Assembly: GCF_000009705.1 (NCBI RefSeq)
Contig: NC_003272.1
Location: 3,570,001 to 3,602,000, forward strand
Reading direction: 5' to 3'
Length of the DNA: 32,000 nucleotides
Source: Nostoc sp. PCC 7120 = FACHB-418
GTDB lineage: Bacteria; Cyanobacteriota; Cyanobacteriia; Cyanobacteriales; Nostocaceae
Made by a program: the position numbers and the translations under genes. Within the stretch, counting starts at the first letter, position 1. Every line of letters begins with the position of its first letter. The notes beneath the pieces are model-generated. The model made no database searches. It saw only the letters and a list, made by a program, of their open reading frames with translations, and was not told the DNA's origin. This document shows, piece by piece, positions 22,495 through 31,305 of this stretch.

Positions 22495-24855
22495 TTAGTT
22501 AGAAGAGGATGAATTAGGTCTAAGTCTTTCCCGCCAAGAAGGTGTTGGTGCAGAACTGGCCGAGCCAGAGCTATTATCTACTGTGGATGAAGACCGTCGA
22601 GACCTGCGGGACGGTTGTGAAGTATCTGATTCTACAACTGGTCTGCGCCGTCTTGTGCGGGGTGATTCTTCACTACCACTAGAACCTGATTCTTGGCTAC
22701 GATATCGTCTACGTCTTCTAGGTGAATCAGTTGGAGTGGTTTCTTCTAATCGTTGGGAGCGCCTTCTGCGTCTGCTGGAAGAACCAGTCTCTTGCGCTGA
22801 CTCTTCATTAGGTGTCAGAGAACGATTGAGAATTTGTTTTGCTTTGATGGGTTTTGCTTTGATGCTGCCCTTGCGACCTTCCAGTTTTGGTCTTTCGGGA
22901 AATTTTTCTATTGGCATTCCCTCTATGGCTTTTTCCATAAATTCATGCCAAGTGTAAGCAGCACTGCCACTACTACCATAAGTAGGACGATTATTATCGT
23001 TACCCAACCAAACCCCTGTAACTACTTGGGGAATATAGCCAATAAACCATAAATCGCGGGCTTCATCAGATGTACCTGTCTTACCAGCAACGGGTCTATT
23101 AGGCAATTGGGCGGCTGCACCAGTGCCTGCTTCGACCACGTTACGTAACATCCAGGTCATAATAGCGGCACTAGTAGGATCAAGCACTCGCTTCGAGTCA
23201 AATTTTGCTGACCAGATGACCTCACCTTTGCGGTTGAGGATACGACGGATGCCATGAGGTTCCGAGTGTAACCCAAGGGTTGCAAAACTGCCGTAAGCAC
23301 TGGTTAACTCTAAGAGATTAACTTCATTGGAACCAAGGGCTAGAGAATAATGAGGATTGAGTTTTGATTTAATCCCCATGTTCTTGGCTAGTTGAATTGT
23401 TGGCTCAAATCCCACATCTAGCATGATTTTCAACGCGACCACATTCACCGAACGGGTGAGGGCATCGCGCATATTCATTGTGCCTCGGAAGGTTTCCCCG
23501 TAGTTTTTCGGTTCGTAACCATCGACTACAACGGGAGCATCTACATAAGTATCGTTGGGGTTTTTACCAGTGGCGATAGCTGTCGCATAGACAAAACCCT
23601 TAAATGTGGAACCTGGCTGGCGTTGCGCTTGGGTAACACGGTTAAATTGGTTTTGACCAAAGTCTTGACCCCCAACCATTGCCTTGATTTCCCCATTACG
23701 GGGATCGATGGCAACTAAAGCGGCTTGTTTGAAGTTTTGCCATCGTCCTTGATTGCGTAAAGTTTTAGCAACGGCTGCTTCTGCGGCTTGCTGCCAAGTT
23801 GGGTTTAAGCTGGTTTCCACAGTTAAACCCCCATTCGCTAACACTTCCGAAGAAACATACTTGGGCAATTCTTGCTGAATATAGCTGGTGAAGTAGGGGG
23901 ATTCTACTTGTAACCGCTTGGGTAAACTAGATTTGAGGGTAATTACTGCTTGGGTGGCTGCTTGCCTTTGGGCTGGTGTAATAAAGCCCTCTTTTTCCAT
24001 CCGTTGCAATACCAAATTTCGTCGTTGTTTGGCTGCTTGCGGGTTTTTGTCTGGTGAAAATAAGCTCGGTGCAGGAGGCATTCCCGCGATTGTTGCCGCT
24101 TCCGGGAGGGTAAGTTGGTCTACTGGTTTACTGAAGTATACCCAGGCTGCATCTGCTACACCATAAGCCCCAGCACCTAAATATACTAAATTCAAATAAC
24201 GCTCTAAAATCTGGTCTTTGGTTAATTCTTGTTCTAGCTTTTGGGCAAGGCGTACTTCCTTAAGTTTGCGCCAAACTGTACGCTCTTGTTTGAGGAAAAG
24301 AATCCGTGATAACTGTTGAGTAATCGTGCTACCACCTTCTACCACATTTTGCGATCGCAAATTATTTACGGCTGCTCTGACAATTCCTTGGGGGTCAATA
24401 CCTTGGTGCTGAGTGAATCTGCTGTCTTCGGAGGCAATAAAAGCATTTTTGAGGATCTCCGGCATCTGCTCCAGATTGACTTTTTCCCTGGTTGCTTCGC
24501 CTTGCTGTTGTAATATAGTGCCATCAACAGCTTTGATGGTAATTGTTTGCTCACGGACGACAGCTTGCAATTCCGCTTTCTCAGGTAAGGTTTTATCGAT
24601 TTCCCCTAATAAGTAATTGAAGGCAATGATGCTACCACCTACACTTAAGCCCGCCCAAAACCATACACGGCGATAAATTGGGTGTTCACGGCTTGTAAAC
24701 CTAGTAACAATCCCAGATGTTATACCACTTATCTGGTTTAATAATTTTTTTTGTCTTACCACCTGAGTTGGCGGTAAGTTCTCGTTTGTGGTTTCCTCTT
24801 GCTCGTAACGATTACTAGGTGGCAAGCGTGGTTCCCCCTTGTCAGAGTCACTCAA
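22495..24855 (-). CDS. Class A penicillin-binding protein (PBP1A-type bifunctional transglycosylase/transpeptidase) with an Arg/Ser-rich C-terminal tail
   Basis: The glycosyltransferase motifs are ASEDSRFTQHQGID, GGSTITQQ and RKLKE. The transpeptidase motifs are GSTFK, SVN and KTGTS. The start is non-ATG (TTG at 24855, or GTG at codon 32). Confidence 0.93.
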   Translation of the reverse strand: MSDSDKGEPRLPPSNRYEQEETTNENLPPTQVVRQKKLLNQISGITSGIVTRFTSREHPIYRRVWFWAGLSVGGSIIAFNYLLGEIDKTLPEKAELQAVVREQTITIKAVDGTILQQQGEATREKVNLEQMPEILKNAFIASEDSRFTQHQGIDPQGIVRAAVNNLRSQNVVEGGSTITQQLSRILFLKQERTVWRKLKEVRLAQKLEQELTKDQILERYLNLVYLGAGAYGVADAAWVYFSKPVDQLTLPEAATIAGMPPAPSLFSPDKNPQAAKQRRNLVLQRMEKEGFITPAQRQAATQAVITLKSSLPKRLQVESPYFTSYIQQELPKYVSSEVLANGGLTVETSLNPTWQQAAEAAVAKTLRNQGRWQNFKQAALVAIDPRNGEIKAMVGGQDFGQNQFNRVTQAQRQPGSTFKGFVYATAIATGKNPNDTYVDAPVVVDGYEPKNYGETFRGTMNMRDALTRSVNVVALKIMLDVGFEPTIQLAKNMGIKSKLNPHYSLALGSNEVNLLELTSAYGSFATLGLHSEPHGIRRILNRKGEVIWSAKFDSKRVLDPTSAAIMTWMLRNVVEAGTGAAAQLPNRPVAGKTGTSDEARDLWFIGYIPQVVTGVWLGNDNNRPTYGSSGSAAYTWHEFMEKAIEGMPIEKFPERPKLEGRKGSIKAKPIKAKQILNRSLTPNEESAQETGSSSRRRRRSQRLEETTPTDSPRRRRRYRSQESGSSGSEESPRTRRRRPVVESDTSQPSRRSRRSSSTVDNSSGSASSAPTPSWRERLRPNSSSSN

Positions 24856-24908
24856 ATTTAGTTACTGATTGCTTGAACCTGGAAGTTAAGTTTCTCCACA
24901 TTAGTTCC

Positions 24909-24926
24909 GTGCAGAATATTCTGCAC
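24909..24926. promoter_or_regulatory. Perfect 18-bp palindrome upstream of the PBP gene (candidate operator)
   Basis: GTGCAGAATATTCTGCAC is its own reverse complement. It lies 54-71 nt upstream of the TTG at 24855. Confidence 0.35.
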
Positions 24927-25180
24927 TAACTCTTAAGGGATAGATTAGAGTTTGGTGCAAGACGTTCGTGTTAGTATAATATCCTATAAACAATTAACTG
25001 AATTCATTGCTACAAAAAAATGTTTTTAAAGTAAATGTTAAATAAGCAATATTTCAACTTGTAATTACCTCAGAAAATTAATAAAGACCTCATCAATTTT
25101 ATTTTATAAAAACGTCCAACCCTGATATAATAGCCTTTCTTCAGTCTTTAAAGCTGTTTTCAATTATTTTTGAGCAGCAT

Positions 25181-25211
25181 GGTCCCCAATTTTTTAGAGA
25201 AGTTGGGGATC
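25181..25211. repeat. CCCCAA...TTGGGG hairpin, same architecture as 5579-5613
   Basis: TCCCCAA (25183-25189) pairs with TTGGGGA (25203-25209) around the loop TTTTTTAGAGAAG. Confidence 0.45.
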
Positions 25212-25298
25212 TTTAGCTAGAAGCCATGATCAGGTAGGCATGAGTGCTATAGTATTTAAGTAATCAATGTTTGTAAAATAACAATACATTAAATAATA

Positions 25299-25853
25299 TT
25301 GTCTGTTGAGAACAAAAAAAATAGCCTAGAAATATTCACAAAGCACAATGCAGAGTTTAAACCAAAGATCCAGGCAAGCGCGATCGCTCTTGGTAGTAAC
25401 ATCGGTGATTCTTTAACAATATTAGAAGCTGCGACAGCAGAATTAGCAGCTATTCCAGGCATTCAAATACAAGCAAAATCCAGTTGGTATATCACCAAAG
25501 CAGTAGGGCCGCCACAGCCAGATTATTTAAATGGTTGCATCATACTACAAGTAGAACTTGACCCCCCAAAATTGCTAGAAGTATTGCTAACAATAGAACA
25601 GAAGTTTGGGCGGGTGCGTCAAGAGCGCTGGGGGCCGCGATCGCTAGACTTGGATTTGTTATTGTATGATGACTTAATTATTGATACACCAACTCTCCAA
25701 ATACCCCATCCGCGAATGCAAGAGCGAGCCTTTGTTTTAGTACCTCTAGCGGAGATTGCGCCCGACTGGTTAGAACCAATTTCCGGATATGTAATTAGAG
25801 AACTGGTAAAAAAGGTAGACTGTTCTGATGTACATTTGTTAAAGGGCAGTTAA
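25299..25853 (+). CDS. folK: 2-amino-4-hydroxy-6-hydroxymethyldihydropteridine diphosphokinase (HPPK)
   Basis: IALGSNIGDS, RWGPRSLDLDLLLY, PHPRM and RAFVLVPL are present. The only canonical start upstream of the ALGSN motif is the TTG at 25299, because a stop codon lies 9 nt upstream. Confidence 0.9.
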   Translation: MSVENKKNSLEIFTKHNAEFKPKIQASAIALGSNIGDSLTILEAATAELAAIPGIQIQAKSSWYITKAVGPPQPDYLNGCIILQVELDPPKLLEVLLTIEQKFGRVRQERWGPRSLDLDLLLYDDLIIDTPTLQIPHPRMQERAFVLVPLAEIAPDWLEPISGYVIRELVKKVDCSDVHLLKGS

Positions 25854-25938
25854 AACCATTACCCAGAGCAGAAAACGCTGATAGAATGATCAACTCCAGT
25901 GTTTATCTGTGCTATTTAAGACAAAACAAGCTTAAATT

Positions 25939-26487
25939 ATGCCATTAGGTAGAGAATTACCACAGCTATTAAAACAGCGCTTGTTCTATAAAGGGCGCAA
26001 GTTTGATTTTGAAGTTAATCGCTTGCGTTTACCCAACAAAGCTGAAGGAGAATGGGAGTGCATTCGTCACCCCGGCGGCGCTTTAGCTGTGCCTGTAACG
26101 CCAGAAGGTAAACTTGTACTCGTCCGCCAATATCGTTTTGCTGTGCAAGGACGGATACTCGAATTTCCCGCAGGAACTTTAGAACCCACAGAAGATGCCT
26201 TAACAACAGTCAAGCGCGAAATAGAAGAAGAGACTGGTTACAGCGCGCAAAAGTGGGATAAATTAGGCGAATTTTTCCTAGCACCTGGCTATTCCGATGA
26301 AATTATCTATGCTTTTTTGGCGAGGGATTTAGAAAAGCTAGACACACCACCAAAACAAGACGACGACGAAGATATTGAGACTGTGCTGTTAACACCAGAA
26401 GAACTGGAAAGAGCCATTCTCGACGGAGAACCCATAGACGCGAAGTCAATCACTAGTTTTTTCTTGGCGCGACCGTTTTTAGTTTAA
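25939..26487 (+). CDS. NUDIX hydrolase (ADP-ribose pyrophosphatase-like)
   Basis: The Nudix box is GTLEPTEDALTTVKREIEEETGY (Gx5Ex7REUxEExGU). Confidence 0.9.
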   Translation: MPLGRELPQLLKQRLFYKGRKFDFEVNRLRLPNKAEGEWECIRHPGGALAVPVTPEGKLVLVRQYRFAVQGRILEFPAGTLEPTEDALTTVKREIEEETGYSAQKWDKLGEFFLAPGYSDEIIYAFLARDLEKLDTPPKQDDDEDIETVLLTPEELERAILDGEPIDAKSITSFFLARPFLV

Positions 26488-26494
26488 GAACAAG

Positions 26495-26536
26495 GGGGGT
26501 GTGGTAAAGCTGATATTTACCACACCCCCATTTTTT
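26495..26536 (+). terminator. Strong rho-independent terminator after the NUDIX gene
   Basis: GGGGGTGTGGTAAA (26495-26508) pairs with TTTACCACACCCCC (26516-26529), a 14-bp perfect stem, followed by A-TTTTTT (26531-26536). Confidence 0.88.
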
Positions 26537-26589
26537 GCTATTGAGCGTGCCAATCATCATTGAATACCAACAATAGCTAATGAAATCGG

Positions 26590-26982
26590 CTATTGTTTTA
26601 AGGCTGAATTAATAATTGACTTCAATTCTTCCTCTGTCCAGGGTTTGCGGATGCAAGCATAAAGATTAGCTTGCTGTTCGGCACGCTCAATAGCCTCTTT
26701 GTCAGCTTGTCCAGTTAGCATGACGGTAATCACTTCTGGAAAACGTTGGTGAACTTTAATCAAAAACTCATCACCTCTAACATTGGGCATTAACCAATCA
26801 GAGACAATAATGAGAATTTTGATTTCGTCTTCTTCCAATTCATCAATAACCGTCCAGGCTTCTTCAGAACTTTGGGCAACTTCGTAGACATATCGATTGC
26901 CAAATAACCTTTTGAGTTGTTCCTTGAGAGCTTTTAATATAGAAACTTCATCATCTACACAGAGAATAGCAGCATTAGACAT
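26590..26982 (-). CDS. Single-domain response regulator (CheY-like receiver)
   Basis: It has the acidic pocket CVDDE, the phospho-acceptor context IIVSDWLMP, T in VMLTG and K in IRKPW. It lies 22 nt downstream of the kinase gene. Confidence 0.9.
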   Translation of the reverse strand: MSNAAILCVDDEVSILKALKEQLKRLFGNRYVYEVAQSSEEAWTVIDELEEDEIKILIIVSDWLMPNVRGDEFLIKVHQRFPEVITVMLTGQADKEAIERAEQQANLYACIRKPWTEEELKSIINSALKQ

Positions 26983-27004
26983 AAATTAAATTTCCTCTTG
27001 TTAT

Positions 27005-28657
27005 CTAAGTTAATATGGGCAAGCAAACACTGAATTGAGTATGACCTGGATTGCTCTCCATTTTGATCTGTCCTTGATGTTTGTCAAGAATTTTTTTGCA
27101 AATGTGTAATCCCAGACCACTGCCTTCTCCAGCAGGTTTGGTGGTAAAAAAGGCATCAAAGATTTTTTGCTGCACTTCTGGAGGAATGCCCAATCCGGTG
27201 TCTGTAATGCTGACTTCAACGTATTCTTCTGCTTTACGAATAGCAATGGTCAGTGTCCCACCTGATTCCATTGCTTGAATCGCATTGAAAATAAGATTTG
27301 TCCAGACTTGAATGAGTTCATCAGGGTATCCCCAAATGTCGGGAACATCCTGGTAATCTCGAATTAAATGAATATTGCGTTTCAGTTGATTCTGATAGAT
27401 GGCAATGGTAGTTTCTAGTCCTGTAGTTACCTGCATCAACTGCTTATTGCCACTTTGATCAAAATGAGAATAGCTTTTAAGCGCAAAAACGATTTTAGCA
27501 GAACGATCAACAGCATTGAGAATCATCTGATTATTGCTAAAGCAGCAACTTAGGTCATAAGCGAACTGTAAAGCCCATTCACCATGATCACTTTTTAACA
27601 TAGGCAGTAAAGATTCCCAATCTTCAGCAATGCCCATATCTATCAAGAGATCAGCAATATCTCTAGCATTTTCAATGTTATGCTCTTGCAGATGAGCAGT
27701 AATTTTACGTTTAAGTGAACGGTCTGGTTGAAAAAGTGTCGTAGGTTGGTTTTTTAATCCTTGATTAATGAGTTGAAAAAAGCTTTCTTGTTCTTGGGAA
27801 TTCAAACGCTGATGTAAAGAGGGAAGCTCAGTCAAGGCTGCTTGCAGGGCTTGTTCTGTGTTAGTCGCTGATGCTTGAATAATACCCAAGGGATTATTGA
27901 TTTCATGGGCAACTCCCGCAACCAGTTGTCCTAAGGCTGCCATTTTTTCTTGTTGAATCAATTGATCTTGGGTTTGTTTGAGTTCTTGGAAAGCAGCTTC
28001 TAACTGTTGGTTTTTGTTCAACAAGCTTTTGCTGTACTTGTATGACAAAGCACCAATAATAACAGATGCGAATATTAAACAAAAAGTAGTGCCAATATCT
28101 GCAAATTGTCTAGTCTGTTGCTTCTGCGCTACGTAGACTTCTTCCAGGGTTGTTACTTCAGCGTATAAATCATCATAGATTTCATCAATGCCATCTGCAT
28201 CAACATTTATCGCTTCTTTGGTTTTGCCTTGAGCAACGAGCTGTAAAGCGTTGTCAATTGCTTGTTGATAGCTGGTATGAAGGGCAAAAATATTGTCCAG
28301 ATTTTTTTGTGGTTTAATTTGTCGTAGCTGCTGCAAAATGCTATCTGTACTTTGCTTATTTTCTGCCAGCTCTTCGGTTAAATCCTCATCAATTTCGCCT
28401 TTGGAAATGCCCTCCCATTCTAAGGCGTTAAGTCTGCTCACTTGCTCTTTTAATCGAGTCAAAAGCAATCTCTTGTCATTGCTGCGTTCTGCTAACTGAT
28501 TGAGTTCATAAATAGTAGCAGCACTGGCGATCGCAATTATAATTGCACTTAACAAGATAGACCATGTGGAGAGTTGGGGTTTCCGCTTGACTAAAACCTT
28601 TGTAAAATCAGCATTTAATGAAAGACAGAAGCGATTAAGAAGCATAAGCGTCACCAA
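27005..28657 (-). CDS. Sensor histidine kinase (two TM helices bracketing a coiled-coil-rich periplasmic/sensor region, then HisKA plus HATPase_c)
   Basis: It has the H-box AHEINNPL, N-box NLIFNAIQAM, G1 DTGLGI and G2 GEGSGLGL. The ORF-track start is a TTG at 28657, and an ATG four codons in (28645) is the more likely start. Confidence 0.9.
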   Translation of the reverse strand: MVTLMLLNRFCLSLNADFTKVLVKRKPQLSTWSILLSAIIIAIASAATIYELNQLAERSNDKRLLLTRLKEQVSRLNALEWEGISKGEIDEDLTEELAENKQSTDSILQQLRQIKPQKNLDNIFALHTSYQQAIDNALQLVAQGKTKEAINVDADGIDEIYDDLYAEVTTLEEVYVAQKQQTRQFADIGTTFCLIFASVIIGALSYKYSKSLLNKNQQLEAAFQELKQTQDQLIQQEKMAALGQLVAGVAHEINNPLGIIQASATNTEQALQAALTELPSLHQRLNSQEQESFFQLINQGLKNQPTTLFQPDRSLKRKITAHLQEHNIENARDIADLLIDMGIAEDWESLLPMLKSDHGEWALQFAYDLSCCFSNNQMILNAVDRSAKIVFALKSYSHFDQSGNKQLMQVTTGLETTIAIYQNQLKRNIHLIRDYQDVPDIWGYPDELIQVWTNLIFNAIQAMESGGTLTIAIRKAEEYVEVSITDTGLGIPPEVQQKIFDAFFTTKPAGEGSGLGLHICKKILDKHQGQIKMESNPGHTQFSVCLPILT

Positions 28658-29031
28658 TAATACTTAAGAGGAAATTGTGGCAACTTAGTCTTGGTAGTAC
28701 TAGCGATCGCCATAAACCAAAACGCCGACAGCCAAAGAATGTAACCCATACCACAAATACTGAACATCTACTGAGTAATCTACTACTCTCAATCTCTATG
28801 TTTCCCAGTCGTGAAAAAAAAATACATTGTTTTTCAAAACTTGTTATTAGTGATTGTTATGTGGCAATTTAAAATAATAATCTTTACATTGAGACATTCC
28901 TTGAATCATTTAAGTACTATTTTTAATAGTTGTATTAATGAAAATAAAGTCAATATGAAGAAAAAATGTTTTGTTGATAGCAGTGGGAAACCACAATTTC
29001 TAGTGAGTTTATAGTGTTCTAATCAGGTAAA

Positions 29032-30624
29032 ATGCTAACTAAAAAAGAATCTATTTCCCAAGTCATCGTTACTGCTGCACAAATGCGGGAAATTGAAGGG
29101 CGGATATTTGCAGCAGGAATGCCAGTACCCGCTTTGATGGAAAAAGTGGCAGGATTAATTGCTAGCCGCATTCAAGATTTCTCTTCCAACTTTGAACAAG
29201 GTAGACAAAGAGAACAAGTAAGGATTTTGCCTCCATTTCCTTGCGTGGGAATCCTCGTTGGGCCTGGACACAACGGTGGCGATGCTTTGGTTGTGGCAAG
29301 AGAATTGCATTTTAGGGGTTATGCGGTTTGGGTTTATTTGCCTTTTGATAAACTCAAGGAATTAACATCACAGCATTTGCAATATGCTCAGAGTATAGGT
29401 ATACCTTGTTATGGAGAAATTGAGCAATTACCAGATTGTGATGTTTTGGTTGATGGGTTATTTGGCTTTGGCTTAGAAAGAACAATTACCGATCCCATTG
29501 CTTCAGTAATTAATCAGTTGAATGAATGGAACAAGCCAATTATTAGTATTGATTTGCCTTCAGGTTTGCACACTGATACAGGTGAGGTTTTAGGGACTGC
29601 GATTCGAGCAACTTACACCCTGTGCTTAGGTTTGTGGAAACAAGGTTTGTTGCAGGATCAGGCTTTAGATTATGTAGGTAAAGCTGAGTTAATTGATTTT
29701 GATATTCCCTGGGCTGATGTGCAAGCTGTGTTGGAAGATGTACCCAAAGTCAAACGCATTACACCAGCAACAGCTTTATCTACTTTGCCTTTACCTCGTC
29801 CACCAGTAACACACAAGTATAAGGAAGGACATTTACTGTTAATTTGTGGTTCACGACGTTATGCTGGGGGGGCAATTTTGACGGCTTTGGGTGCTAGGGG
29901 TAGCGGTGTAGGGATGTTATCAATTGCTGTACCCGAATCTCTGAAACAGCTTTTGGTATCACACTTGCCGGAAGCATTAGTGATTGGTTGCCCAGAGACA
30001 GAAAGTGGAGCGATCGCCCAGTTACAATTACCAGAGAAGACAGAGTTAAGTTCCTTTAGTGCGATCGCCTGCGGCCCTGGTTTAACGAAAGATGCTACAT
30101 CTATTGTGGAAGAAGTCTTAGCAAGCGATCGCCCTTTAGTTCTCGATGCCGATGGTTTAAATATTTTGGCACAGTTGGGGACAATACCCACACTGCAACA
30201 GCGCCCAGCAGTAACAGTACTCACACCCCACACAGGCGAATTTCAACGATTGTTTCCTGATGTTGCTGATGCTAAACATGATCGAGTCAAAGCCGTGCAG
30301 GAAGCAGCCACCCAAAGCGGTGCGGTGGTATTGTTAAAAGGAGCGAGAACTGCGATCGCCAATCCTCAAGGTTCAGTATGGATTAATCCCGAAAGTACGC
30401 CGGCTTTAGCTCGTGGTGGTAGTGGCGATGTGTTAACGGGGTTATTGGGTGGATTGTTGGCACAAGTGGCAAATAAAGAAATACCTGTAGAAGATATTGT
30501 GGCTACGGCTGCATGGTGGCACGGGCAAGCAGGTATTTTAGCCGCCAGTGAGCGCACAGAGTTAGGCGTGGACGCATTTACGTTGTCACAGTATTTGTTG
30601 AAGGTGATTGTTGGTCGCTCTTAG
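29032..30624 (+). CDS. nnr: Bifunctional NAD(P)H-hydrate repair enzyme (epimerase / ADP-dependent dehydratase)
   Basis: The N-terminal YjeF_N domain has GPGHNGGDALVVAR. The C-terminal carbohydrate-kinase domain has GGAILTALGA, LDADGL and GGSGDVLTG. Confidence 0.92.
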   Translation: MLTKKESISQVIVTAAQMREIEGRIFAAGMPVPALMEKVAGLIASRIQDFSSNFEQGRQREQVRILPPFPCVGILVGPGHNGGDALVVARELHFRGYAVWVYLPFDKLKELTSQHLQYAQSIGIPCYGEIEQLPDCDVLVDGLFGFGLERTITDPIASVINQLNEWNKPIISIDLPSGLHTDTGEVLGTAIRATYTLCLGLWKQGLLQDQALDYVGKAELIDFDIPWADVQAVLEDVPKVKRITPATALSTLPLPRPPVTHKYKEGHLLLICGSRRYAGGAILTALGARGSGVGMLSIAVPESLKQLLVSHLPEALVIGCPETESGAIAQLQLPEKTELSSFSAIACGPGLTKDATSIVEEVLASDRPLVLDADGLNILAQLGTIPTLQQRPAVTVLTPHTGEFQRLFPDVADAKHDRVKAVQEAATQSGAVVLLKGARTAIANPQGSVWINPESTPALARGGSGDVLTGLLGGLLAQVANKEIPVEDIVATAAWWHGQAGILAASERTELGVDAFTLSQYLLKVIVGRS

Positions 30625-30665
30625 GCTGCTCTAAACTTAAGATAATTAAACATTATATAAACACT

Positions 30666-30896
30666 ATGAGCTATCGCAATATTATCACTATTGAACCAGA
30701 TAAACGAGGTGGTAAGCCCTGTATTCGACGAATGCGAATTACAGTGTACGATGTTCTGGGGTGGTTAGCTGCTGGTATGTCCCATGCAGATATTTTAGAA
30801 GATTTTCCTGAATTGACAGAGGAAGACATCAGAGCCTGTCTAGAATTTGCTGCTGATCGTGAACATCGTTTAGTTGCTTCAGTGGGTGATGCTTGA
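30666..30896 (+). CDS. DUF433 protein (predicted antitoxin of the DUF433/PIN-like pair)
   Basis: DKRGGKPCIRRMRITVYDVLGWLAAGMSHADILEDFPELTEEDIRACLEFAA is the canonical DUF433 pattern. Confidence 0.85.
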   Translation: MSYRNIITIEPDKRGGKPCIRRMRITVYDVLGWLAAGMSHADILEDFPELTEEDIRACLEFAADREHRLVASVGDA

Positions 30897-31225
30897 AGTT
30901 ACTTTTTGATCAAAATTTGAGTCGCAAATTGGTGACAAGATTGGCGGACATATACCCTGGTTCTAGCCATGTTCAGTTTCATGGGTTGGCAGAGAAGACT
31001 GATACCGAAATATGGCAATTTGCTAGAACCAACGACTTTTGTATTGTGACTCAAGACGCAGATTTTGCTGAGAGAAGCCGCCTGTATGGTTCTCCGCCTA
31101 AAATTGTATGGTTACGCTGCGGCAATGTTCCAACTAATCAAATCGAAGTCTTAATTCGTTCTGGAGTAGAAGCAATTGAAGAGCTTTTAAATAACCCTAA
31201 TTTACATTGCTTAGAACTCTATTAG
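30893..31225 (+). CDS. DUF5615 / Mut7-C-like PIN-fold protein (predicted toxin)
   Basis: The TTG start overlaps the upstream TGA (TTGA at 30893-30896). It has (M)KLLFDQNL, the acidic QDADF and the family pattern ...KIVWLRCGN. Confidence 0.82.
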   Translation: MKLLFDQNLSRKLVTRLADIYPGSSHVQFHGLAEKTDTEIWQFARTNDFCIVTQDADFAERSRLYGSPPKIVWLRCGNVPTNQIEVLIRSGVEAIEELLNNPNLHCLELY

Positions 31226-31305
31226 TATAGATATGTTTTTCTCAAAAGTATCATGGTGGTAGCCGAGACTATTATGTGACTGATTAGCTATCATGAGCGA
31301 ATTTA

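Noticed and set aside
22583-23052. Plus-strand ORFs (124 aa and 72 aa) antisense to the PBP 3' end.
   Set aside because: They are antisense shadows of the Arg/Ser-rich tail coding region, where codon bias keeps the opposite frame open. I recognise no family.
29859-30557. Minus-strand ORFs (124 aa, 63 aa) inside nnr, and similar antisense ORFs inside panC-cmk, the helicase, PBP, kinase and beta-propeller genes.
   Set aside because: All are fully nested antisense to CDSs with strong family motifs. None has a recognisable domain.
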